Shown here piece by piece: positions 11,781-23,666 of a stretch of 58,505 nucleotides of DNA. Origin of the DNA: Ginglymostoma cirratum (Eukaryota); NCBI GenBank assembly GCA_024137785.1, contig JAHRHZ010000116.1, forward strand, positions 698,338 through 756,842, written 5' to 3'. The notes beneath the pieces were generated by a model. The model worked only from the letters and a program-made list of their open reading frames with translations. It did not search any database and was not told where the DNA came from. Numbering within the stretch: position 1 is the first letter of the stretch; each line of letters starts with the position of its first letter. Made by a program: the position numbers and the translations under genes.

Positions 11781-14700
11781 AATCTGTGCAATTGCTTCGT
11801 TATCCTCATCTGTCTTGATGTACATACACGTGACAAAGTGACTGGTGGTCATATTTTGAGAGTATCATTCTCACTCTACAGTCGGAGATAGTTGTCAGGA
11901 GTTTTATTTGGAACAAACAAAGTAAAAGCCTTTGTGTCTTTTTTCATCAGTAGTTGTTCAAAGTGATGCAGTTTCAACCCCTGCTGGTGGCCTGGGTGTA
12001 TTGCAACTGTGAAAGTCAATACTGCTTNNNNNNNNNNNNNNNNNNNNNNNNNNNNNNNNNNNNNNNNNNNNNNNNNNNNNNNNNNNNNNNNNNNNNNNNN
12101 NNNNNNNNNNNNNNNNNNNNNNNNNNNNNNNNNNNNNNNNNNNNNNNNNNNNNNNNNNNNNNTGACAGTTTATCTTTCCACGTGCCTATTTCTCATGCTG
12201 GGTATCTTTCTGTGTCTCGTTCCATGCATTTGGCAGTCTGTCTCTCTGGTTTCCCCTTTTCCTATGTTTGTTAAATCTACTTTGTTTGCACCTTCAATTC
12301 ACTCTCTGTTGCACACAATGACATTGAATACGGCCTTGTAAAATCTCAGGTGTTCTTGTCTCTCAGGGAGTCTACATTCAGACCAGTATATTTAGGAATT
12401 GTTCCATTAAAGTTAGCACTATGAGCATGGTTGCAATTCAGAAATATTTCTCAGGATCCTCATTCGACGGCTGTGAGACGGTTCAACTGACAACTCCGTA
12501 GGTTTGGTCCAGAGAAAACAGGAAGTGACTTCTGACAAGTGTCGCACTGTCATTGAAGCCATCTGTAGAGCGTGTGATAATATATTGGTGTCCAAACTAG
12601 CGAGTCACCCAGTACTACGACACGAAGGCACTCTCTACACTGCAGAAACAGTTTAGGGTGATACTGTAATGACTATTCACCGGTATCTCTGATTTTTCTG
12701 TGGCCAACCAGGCTGGTTGCCAGAAGGACAGTGATAATAAGGCATTGTATTGGGAATACTTCCAAACGCAGAAGACCTGAGTTACAAAACTGACACACTT
12801 CAAATTACACAATGGAGAGGCAGAGAATAATTGAATTGATTAATTCGAAACCAGCATTTCATATGGCTTGGAAATTGGCGCACAAATTGACTGTCATGAT
12901 AATGTGAACATATAAAGAGGCTACAGGAGAAGGTCAGTTGGCCCTTAAAAGCGTCCTCCTCCATTGAATAAGATCGTGGCTGATACGATGTTAATCTCAA
13001 CTCTAGATCGCTGCATGTTCTTGAAAATCTTTCATTCCTTTGTTGTCAAGAATCTACTTACATCCTTCAAGATGCTGCATTCACTACCTTAACATAAAAG
13101 ACATTACAAAAATTCACAGCCGACTGAATTTTAAAAAGTGCCCACATTGCTGACATTAAAGGGTGCTGTCTAATTTTGTTTTTAACTCCGGCTCCGAATT
13201 CTTCATTTTCCCACAAGAGGAAGCATTCTTTCCACTTGCTTCTGATCAACTCTTCTCAGGGTCTATTTTGTTTCCATACATATGTTCTGAATATATGGTA
13301 CTACAGAGGAGATAGCTCCAGGCTAGTAACTTTTCTCACCCTGTATTACTCTTGATTGTGCTTACAGAACAGTACCTATGGCAAATAGTTTGATAGATTC
13401 AGTTTCCTCTGATGAAGAAATGCTTTATCGTATCTACCTGATTACCTATTCCACGCACACGGGGTGGGGGTAATGTCAGGTGGAGACATTTCTCCATGTA
13501 CTCCGTTAGGTTTGCATCATATAGCTTGATAGCATGCGGCAGTTGAATGTTGACCTCTTGACTCAAAGTTAAGGGTATTAACAGAATGTCACAAGAACCT
13601 TCCCCGCAGCTCACCTATATCCTCACTTACATTATTCTAATGCTGACAGACACAAAGCAAGGATGCTCACATCGATTTCTCAGGAATTCTCGAGTCAGTG
13701 AATAAAATTACGGAATTTTTTTGTTACCTTCATGATGTTCTGACAGGAATAGCTTCTCGCTTTATATTCCAGGGATGGGCGTGAATTCTAGAAATGTTAC
13801 TTGTTATAAGCAAGTTAAGAAAATAAGCAACTTTCCCATCAGTGAATAGACAGGTGGATCCTGTTATACAGTTCCGGAGCATTACACTGTGAGATCTGTC
13901 CATTGTGTACAAGCCGACGTTTATCCACAAACTCACACTGAGCAAACACACCCTCTTGACAAACTGTGGGCTCTGATTCCGGTAAATTGGCATGAGAGGA
14001 GGGAATCGACCTGTTCAGAATCACATTCGTCTGAACAAAGAAAGACACAGCACAAGTCGACCATGATAATATCAACAGTGAATTTATGAATATAAAGTGG
14101 GTATATGAATGGAGAGAAGCAAAGACTGCACGCTGTCCTTGTCCATGATTTGTTGCTGTTGTCGGTTTGAAAAGTGCACTGGACTGCTTCACTCCTTCTG
14201 ATTGAATCCCTGATCAGTTTCACAGTCATCTGTCCAATCGACCCATCTCCCAATACATAAGTCAGTTACTTCTGAAATGACATTAGACAAGTCATACAAA
14301 CCTGCAAGTGAACATTTCTAATTTTCTGTACAGGTTTCTAATCAGACACTGCAATATACAGAACAATGCACTGCAGCACATAAACACACATTGAAAAACA
14401 AATGCAAAGCCATCAAAATAACTAGGCACAAATAAAGATTGATAGAATTCTTTACACGCAGAGACCTATTTGCATTTATGAGAGAATGTATGTGGGAGAT
14501 CCAGGACATTTTCTTTCATTTAGACAGTAAGAGAAGATATAACAGTTGAGCTTCCTACACTGGCCAGTAGTGCAATGAAAAAAGTAGTTCCCCAATTTAT
14601 TTAAATGGTGTTGTGCAGTTAATACGACATGAAGACAAAAAAAGCATAAATATTGGTTGTCTTCAGCGTGAAGGCCATCATCCCAATTGCTTTTTAATTT

Positions 14701-14882
14701 CGATTCTCAGCCGTCAAATTCATATGATCTGTTCAATTTCCATTTGTAGATAACATTACTCGTGGTTTTGGAAAACATGCTTTCATTTTTGAGAGTTTGG
14801 AAGTAACGTAAGACAAAATGACAGCACCTTCTAAACCAACGGCCACGCCCACCAAGAAGGGCACCTGCAGAAGATGCATGTG

Positions 14883-15004
14883 GCTACTCTTCACCTGGAT
14901 CAACAACACAGAACTTTGACTGTTGGAGACATCGATACTGCTGAATGTCGCCCGCTTGATGATTAGCTCTCTGATGCAACTCAAAGTGCAACCGTACAGA
15001 AACT
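14883..15004 (+). pseudogene. 5'-truncated ghost V (FR3 plus RSS remnant)
   Basis: ATLHLDQQHRTLTVGDI; nonamer ACAGAAACT at 14996-15004. Confidence 0.65.
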
Positions 15005-16072
15005 CTAGGGAGACAGGAGACAGACAAACAGCTTCTCTACCTGACCATCAACAACATTACAGAGGAGAAACAATTGCTGACTGAAAGTGAATTTTGTGGA
15101 GCTCCCATGTTCAATGTGAAAATATTACAAAAATTATCACTGGTGAGGATGTAAAAGGTACCCAATTTCTAAGTAAAGTTTTCAGAGATGTTATTTGTCA
15201 CCTCTACAGCAAGTGAATCTAGACCTGAAATCTATTTAAACAGAGCTAGGTACTGTACCACTGCACATTGGTAGCTCCTCAGAATCAAAAGCGCAACTGA
15301 CCTGTGTTAATTTCATTCAGGATAAAAGAGAGTTATCAATGTTAATCGTATCTTCATCTTCATGGTCTAATGACAGGAGTGCTAAACACAAATAAACCAT
15401 TGGTTCTCCTCCTGATTATAGACAACAGGCCAAAGCGGGAAAAAGGTGTGTGAACACTCCTATTCAAAGACTAGATGAAAGAAAACACCCGGCATCACTT
15501 AGGCACGAGTTAATATAAACCTAGAGTACAGTATTGGATACGCAAAAAGCAACTGAAACAAAAAACACTTTTCAAATTGACATTAAATAAACTGTCATGG
15601 ATTTGACTTTCTTTCAGTTTCCATTATGGATCCTCCAGTCAAATTCAGGTTGAGTTCAGTAATACGGTGGGAACCGAACAGAAGGTGAGAATGAAGTTGA
15701 AGCTGAGACTAGCGAAAGTGAGAGACCAACAACAGGTTCTAAATATATCAGGACGGCGAAACTGATATAGAGCACTGTCGGATTAGATATAAACTTCACT
15801 GTTGTGCTGAACCTCCATGTATTCATACATACATTATCATCCAGCTATAAACACGAAAAGCACACACACACGTGCACTCACGCACGAATTCACACAGGCA
15901 CATTCATACACGCACAGAGAGAGAGAGAGAGAGTGAGAGAAAGAGAGAGCCTTGTCCCATTATGTTGTGTTCTCAGAACTTCCTAACTATCCTATGCTGT
16001 GACCTGCTGTTGATGATATGTGCTTAAGTTCTCTGAGTGAGCACTGAAGAGCATGTCACATTTCCTCTTGTG

Positions 16073-16623
16073 GGTTTTTGTACATTGTTGGATCTGCTCT
16101 GCCTCACTGTGCTCATTGCACAATAATATGATGCGTGATCTGAAAAACTCAATGGTCTGATATCCAAAGTGAACATATTGTTTGTAACATCTTTGTAAGC
16201 AGCAACTCGCTTTTCAAACTCTGGATTAAAATAATTGCTGGATTCAGTATAGTACCGAACTAGCCATTGTAGGCCATTCCCAGGACTTTGTCGGTACCAG
16301 TACATATGGTAGACACCGAGATCAAACCCGCTGGTTTTGCATGTCAGTCTCAGAGACTGTCCGACAATGCCTGTCTCTTCCTCCGGTTGAGTCAACAATA
16401 CTTCCAACTGGGCACCTAGTAAGGAAAAGCAACATTAATTAAATTGCAGGAATTGGATTCTTTTAACTCTCCCCTCCAATGCAACTAGCCCCCACCACAA
16501 GCGCCAGGAAAGAGATTTCCAGAGAAACTGAAAGCCACGTTAAAATTTAATTGAAAGAAGCAATTAGACCTACGCACTGGAGACAAAAGCAAGAAGGAGA
16601 GGGAGAAACTTTGGCGAACACAT
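16073..16623 (-). CDS. Intact IgH-like V segment (TAILV-like): leader 16578-16623, V exon 16112-16415, RSS 16073-16111
   Basis: Leader MCSPKFLPLLLAFVS, GTGCGT donor, AG acceptor; AQLEVLLTQPEEETGIVGQSLRLTCKTSGFDLGVYHMYWYRQSPGNGLQWLVRYYTESSNYFNPEFEKRVAAYKDVTNNMFTLDIRPLSFSDHASYYCAM resembles shark IgM VH frameworks; consensus RSS CACAGTG-23-ACAAAAACC. Confidence 0.92.
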
Positions 16624-19600
16624 GCTTCCAGGCTCTGTCTTAAATGAGACAGTCTGTTCTCCAGTCACTCGAAGAAAAAACAGCTCTGCCGACTGTTGGA
16701 TTCTGATCCACACTCGCAGGGTTTTATGTATCAGAAGCAGAAGGGGTGGGTTTGAGATCACAAGAGATTCGCTGACTGCGATTGACCTCTAATGTAAAGA
16801 CATGGGAATTGACGTCTGATATAAATACCTGGGGTGTTTACAATTCCCACCAGGCTGGCTATCAGTACCATCTCATTCCGGCTGTTGAAGATTCCATGAA
16901 TTGACAGTACGAGTCTGTTTTTTTTTACATTTCAAAAAAATATTTTATTCATAAAAACAACTTTATATGCGTAAACAGTCATTAAAGCAGTTTGGTCCCC
17001 AATGCAACACAAAAAGAAACAAACCAACATTGGATTCGGACTCTATCTCGCTCACAATCTCACGGCATTTCTAAATGGTTTCATGGTTTACTTGAATATA
17101 TTAGAAGCATAGCGAAATCCGATAAGTGAATGGGCCCCCATTTCCCTTCGGCAGAAAAATAATCATTTTTCCCACTCCCGTTTGCCGTAGGTCTGCCAAT
17201 TTGCTTTCCATGAGAAAATTACAACCCGAGAACCCTGATGTTGACTGTTGCCCACTGATGTCTTATATAGAAAATTTTCAAAAGCTTTCTGGAAATTCAA
17301 ATCTAACAAATACAGTGACTCAACATTATCTGTTCGACTAGTTAGATCCCTAATGTAAAGCCGCCAGTAAATTTGTTAAGCATGAATTTCCTGCTATATA
17401 CAGGTTATGTCAAATTCGAGTAAATTTTTACAAACATTTTGTTATCCCCTGACTTACCAGAGGCATATACTCGTTAGAAAGGGATTAGGGGTCACATGAA
17501 AATGGTTTAATTCAGCAGTAATTCATAGTGATATGACGTGAACTACCCAATAGGATGCTCGAGACTTTCCAACGTTCATTTGTCAAATTGTAGACAGATA
17601 GTTCGAGGAATCTAAATATTTTGAGTGTGTGCATTTAGGAGAGTAGGAGAGTACGATAAAGTGAATTACACACGTCAGGACCGCCACTGCAGCTGCAGCC
17701 CATTTGAACACATCTGGAGAGTTCCCATTCTGTTACTTGAAAATGCTCACGTTGTCAGAAGGTTCTGAAATTCTAAGGAATGATCAGAAATCAAACCTCG
17801 ATCTGTTACGTCCACCATGTTTATTACAACATCTTCACAGTTTTCAGTAAGTACACAGGATGGCAAATGCAAAAATAATGCGATCCAAATGAATTATGCA
17901 CAAGTTACAACAGGCAGTAAGGTAGAAACCAAACAGCATGGATACATACCTGCCACAACGTGCAAGTCAAATCCGCGTGTATAGCTGTATGAGTACATAA
18001 GTATTTGGTGTATGTGTGTGTGCGTGTGTGTGAGTGTGCGTGTGTGTGTGTGTGTGTTTGTGTCCTTGTCTGTGTCTCTGTCTTTGTATGATTATGTATG
18101 TTTTTCTGTATTTGTGAGTTAGTTTATCTCCGTGCATGCCTGATGGTGCAGCAAAATATATCATTCTCTGTTTGTGCATGATTCTCTCTCCACAATGGGC
18201 GACAGTTAACAGGAGTTTGATTTCAAATTAAAAAAGTAAAAGCCCCTGTACCTTTTTTCATCAGTTACTGTTTAAAGTGATGCAATTGCTCACCCTGCCG
18301 GCGGCCGGCATGTATTGCAACTGCGAAAAGGCAAAAATTACCAAGGAATCGTGCAAAAGGTTAGCAGCAGCACACAGTACCTTATCATCTGACAGCAACA
18401 CCAAAACGTACATTGGATCCGCATGGGGATTTCTGAGATCGACACTATGGAGAATAGAGAGCGGTTCATCATGGGGATTACAAAAATTGTCAATTTTAAC
18501 AGAAAATGCATAAATTCATGAAACAATATTGTCAAAGTATGCAGTCTTTTCAAACGGTTACGCATATGCTGTCTGTCATTCGAAGTGTCCTACTTTAATG
18601 TGTGAGCACAGCATTTATATAACGAACGGCTTTCCTGTCTGTCTATCTAAACTATCTCTCTCTCTATTATACAACCAACATGCTTGACAGTTTATCTTTC
18701 TACATACCTATTTATCACGCTGGGTATTTTCCTCTTCCTCCTTCCCTGCAGATTCCAGCCTGTCCTTTGGTTTTCCCCTCCTTCCATATATGTTCAATCA
18801 ACTATGTTTGCATCTTCAACTCACCCTCTGTTGCACACAATGATGTTGAACAGAGCCTTTTAAAATACTGGGTGCTCTTGTATCTCAGAGACTCTACGTT
18901 CAGACCCGTCCATATAAGTATTGTTCCATTATGTTCAGCACTATGAGCATAATTGCGATTCAGAAATATTTCTCAGAGTCCTCATCCAACGGCTGTGAGG
19001 CTGTTAAACTGACAAGTCTGTAGGCTTTGGCCAGGGAAAAAGGAAAATGACTTCGAACAAAATATGGCACTGTCAATAAAGCCATTCATACAGCGGATGT
19101 TAATATATTGGTATCCAAGGAACAGAGTCAGACAGTACCACAACAACAAGGCACTCTCTCCATCTGCGTAGAAACAGTTGAGAGTGTTACTCTCTCCACT
19201 ATTCCCGCTCATCGGTACCTCTGACATTTCAGTGAAAGATGAGAATGGATTCCAAACGGACACAGATAATAAGGCATTGTGTTTGGAAAACTTTCATCCG
19301 CAGAATAGTGGAGTAACAAAACTAACACTACTCACTTTATACAGAGGAGAGGCAGAGAATGATTGAACAGATTGTTTTGACACCATCATTTCATATGGCT
19401 GAAACGTTGATGCTCCAATTGATTGTTATGGTCATACCAACGTAGAGGAGGGTACAGGAGAACGTCAGTCGGCACTTAACAGCATCCTCCACCATTGAAT
19501 AAGGTCACTCCTGATATGATGTTAACCTCAACTCTAAATCATCGCTTATTCTTGAAAATCCTGCATCCCTTGGTTGTCAAGAACTTACTTACCTCTGCCT

Positions 19601-21489
19601 TTAAATATGCTTCAGGATTCAACATTCACGACCCTAACATTAAAGATATTCAAAAAAAAAACCTCACAGCCTACTGAATGTTAAAAAAAAAGCTCCGCAT
19701 TGCTGAGACTAATGGGTGCTGCGTAAATTCTAACCTCCAGCTCCTAATTCTTCACTGTTGCACAAGGGGAAACATTCTTTCCAGGTATTCTTGATCAACT
19801 CCTCTCAGGGTCTAATAAGATTCCATTCACTCGTTCTGAATCGTCGATACTCCAGACAATCCAGGCTGTGTATCTTTTCTATACCTGTATCAGTCTTGAA
19901 CATACTTAAAGCATTGTCCCTGTAGCAAATATCTTGACAAGTTCTGTTTCCTCTGTTGACGAAATGCTGCTTCGTATCGACATGATTATCTATTCCACAA
20001 CAACGGGATGGGGTTGGTGTTGGGTGGGGACTATTCCCCATTTACTCTGTCAGGTTTTCATAATACATCTTTACAGCATCTCGCGCTTGAAGTTGGGCAA
20101 CCTGATACAAAGGTAAGGATGCTACCATGATGTCATAAGATTCCTCCACACAGCTCGCTTATAAACTCGCATACATTATTCTAATGCTGACAAACACGAA
20201 GCATCTTTGCTACCTTTCATTTCTCAGGAAACTTCTCGTCATCGAACAATATAATACAATTTTGTGTTACATTCATATTGTTCTAACGGCAATACTTCCG
20301 TTCTTTATATGCCAGGGATGAATGTGAATTCCTGAACTGTCAATTGTGCTAAGCAAGTCAAGAAATTAAGCGACTATTCCAGCATTCGGGAAATAGATGG
20401 ATTCAGAATCATTACATTTTCAGATCAGTCCATTGTGTACATTCTGACATGCATCCGCAAATTCACACTAAGCAAACACACACTCTTGACAAATTGCGGG
20501 CCCTGATTCAGGCAACTTGACTTTGGGAGGAGGGAAAAGAACTGTTCAAAATGACGTGCATTCAAGCAAAGTTCAAAAGGATCATTACAATTACAAACAC
20601 GAATTCATGAATATCGGGTGGTTATGCGAATTGAGAAAAGCAAATACTGCACGCTGTCCCTGTGCATGAGTTGTCGGTTTGCAAGGTGCAGTGTGCTACA
20701 GCTCTCCCTCTGAGTGACCTCTTGATTAGATTCAGCTTCGTTTAGTGCAGTAACGTACAGAAGATTGTGGAATTCTATAGTGTTGAACTAAGGGTACGAA
20801 TCAGGCAAAGTGACTTGCAAATTTCGTTGATTACTTCATTCACTTTTATCTGTACAATTGATTCATCTCCAAAACCAACGGCCAATTGCTTTTGAACTGA
20901 CTTTAAACACAGGAGACAAACCTTCAGGTGAAATTTTCCAATCGTTTGTACAGGTTTCTAATCAGTCACTGAGATGGGCAGAAAAATATACAGCAGCACA
21001 TACACACACATTGACAAACAAACGCAAAGATCTCAAAACAATTCTGCACAACGAAAGAGTGACAGAGATACGCACAAGCATAGATATTATCATTTATTAA
21101 AGTATGCATGTGGGAGATCCAGCCCATTTTCTTTCGTTTCGTCTGTGGATGAAGGTATGACAACTGAATTTCCTACTCTGGCCGTTTGCACGTTACAAAG
21201 TGTAGACCCCTCTGTTTACTTCATTGGTGTTGTGCAGTTAAAATGACATGAATGTGGAGGTCGGATAAAAATTGGTTACCTTCATCCCAGGCGAATTTTA
21301 CTTCAAATTCTCAGCCGTAAACGCCACTTGATTTTTTTCAAATTTCCATGTTGAGAGAACATTATTAGAGGATCTGTAAAACATGCCTTCATTTTTCAGA
21401 GTTGGGAAGTTAACAAAGGACAAAATGACAGCACGTTTTGAACCAACGGGCACTTCCACCTCGAAGGACACCTGCAGTAAATGCATCTG

Positions 21490-21619
21490 CCCACTCTTCA
21501 CCTGGATCAATAACAGAAAATTTTCAATATTGCAGACATCAGAGGAGAGGATACTGCCGATTATCACTGCTTGCTAATCAGCACCATGTTACAACTCAAA
21601 GGGCAACAGTACAGATACT
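21490..21619 (+). pseudogene. 5'-truncated ghost V (FR3 plus RSS)
   Basis: PTLHLDQ*QKIFNIADIRGEDTADYHCLLI; CACCATG-22-ACAGATACT. Confidence 0.72.
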
Positions 21620-21771
21620 CCAAGCAGACAGGGGCAAGAACAACAGCTACTCTATCTGACCATCAACAAGATTACAGAGAAGAAACAATCGGTGACTGAA
21701 AGTGAATTTTGTAGAGAATCCCTATTCAATGTTTAAATATTACGTGAATTGTCACCAGTGAGATTTAAAAG

Positions 21772-22046
21772 CTCCCACCGTGGGTAGCGCCAGGGTCCCA
21801 GGTTCATTTCCACGGCCTGGCCACTGTCTGTATGGAGTTTGCACATTCTCCACGTGTCTGCGTGGGTTTCCTCCAGGTGTTTCGGTTTCCTCCCACAGTC
21901 TAAAGTTGTGCAGGCGAGGTGGACTCGCCATGATAAATTTCCCGTAGTGTTCAGGGTGTTGGATCTTAGGTGGGTTTTTGGGGGATGGGTTGGTGTGGAC
22001 TTGGTAGGCTGAAGTGCCTGTTTCCAAATTGTAAGGATCCTGTGAT
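21772..22046 (+). mobile_element. tRNA-derived V-SINE (HE1-like), 5' degraded
   Basis: V-core GGAGTTTGCACATTCTCCACGTGTCTGCGTGGGTTTCCTCC; same cassette site as the copy at 9114. Confidence 0.85.
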
Positions 22047-23073
22047 GAAGGATATCCATTTCCTCAGCAACGTGTTCAGAGATATTATTAGACACCTCAG
22101 CAGCAAGTGAATCTAGAACTGGAATCTGTTTCAAACAGACACAAGGATTGTACCACTGCACTTTGGTAGCTCCTCCGAATCTAAACTGTTAGTTCCATTC
22201 GCATAATGAGAACAACCATTGTTCACCGCACGATCGTCTTCATGTCCTATTGACAGGACTGCAAAGCCAAAATAAAGAGTCGCTCTGCTCCTAATTATGC
22301 AACAAATGTGCAAAGCAGGAAGTGAAATGGGAGCAATCCTAGTCAAAAGACAGTCAAAAGCAAAGACCAGAGATCAGTCAGACACCAATTAATGTAAACC
22401 TAGAGTAGAGTGTTGCAATCAGTAACGAAAGTTATCATGTGAAACATTAGCTCAAAAGAACTCTCTTGAAATTGACATTAAGTACACTGTCATGTAATTG
22501 ATTTTTATTGTTTCCATCATGGACACTACAATTAATTTGAGATTAGGGTCAGTAATACAGTGTGAACTGAACAGGTGGTCAGAATGAAGGAGAAACTGAG
22601 ACGAGAGAAAGATAGAGAACAACAAAGGGGGCTAAATATTTTAGGACGGCGAGACTGATATACAGTAATGAGGGATTGGATATAAATTTAACTGTTTTGC
22701 TGAACCTCAAAGAACTCATACATACATTATCATACACCTTTATACAGACACACAAAAAAATGCTCACACTCGCATACATTCACACGTGCACACTCATACA
22801 CACACAAACCTACAAACAGCCAACTGTCATTTTGTGATATAAGCAGATAAGCACGCACACACACATTCACTCACACACACACACACACACGTGCGCGCGC
22901 ACACACCCACACACACCCACACAGAAACACACGCACGCAAACAAAGCCTCGTTAGTTGTTGTGTTATTTAATAAATAGTATTCAGTAATAACACCATTCT
23001 GTGAGCTGCTATTCATGATGTGTGCATTGGTGCTATCAGTGAGCACCAAAGAAAATGCTACATTTCCTCTTGT

Positions 23074-23666
23074 GGGTTTTGTACAGGTTTGGATCTTATC
23101 TGTATCATTGTGCTCTTGCACAATAATATGTTGCGCTATCTGAAATCCTCAAAGGTCTGATATCCAAAGTGAACATATTGTTTGTAAGGTCTTTGGAAGC
23201 AGTAAATCGATTTTCAAACTCTGAATTAAAATATTTGTTATCTTCAGTATAGAACCGAACTATCCATTGCGGACCATTCTCAGGAGTTTGTCTGTACCAG
23301 TACATCAAGTCAGAGCTCAGATCAAACCCACTCGTTTTACATGTCAGTCTCAGAGACTGTCCGGCAATGCCCGTCTCTTCTTTCAGTTGAGACAATAATA
23401 CTTCTGACTGGGCACCTAGTAAAGCAAAGCAACATTAATTAAACTGCATGAATCGGGGTCTTGAAACTTTCCTCTCCCCTGCCACCACCAACCCTCATGC
23501 CATCGCCCCCCCCCCCACACCACTCACCCCCACCCCACTTCGCACTCCCAAGAAAAATACTGTGAGAGAAATGAAAACCACGTCAAAATTTAGTTGAAAG
23601 AAGCAATTATAACTAAGCACTGGAGACGAAAGCAAGAAAGACAGGAAGAAACCTTGGCGGCCACAT
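23074..23666 (-). CDS. Probably intact IgH-like V segment (TAILV-like): leader 23621-23666, V exon 23113-23415, RSS 23074-23112
   Basis: Leader MWPPRFLPVFLAFVS with weak donor GTGCTT; EVLLSQLKEETGIAGQSLRLTCKTSGFDLSSDLMYWYRQTPENGPQWIVRFYTEDNKYFNSEFENRFTASKDLTNNMFTLDIRPLRISDSATYYCAR; RSS CACAATG-23-ACAAAACCC. Confidence 0.88.

Noticed and set aside
15600-16072. Possible IgH D/J segments downstream of the Ig-like V genes
   Set aside because: No 12-RSS-flanked D or WGxG/FGxG J was seen by eye; the sequence matches TCR-cassette flank
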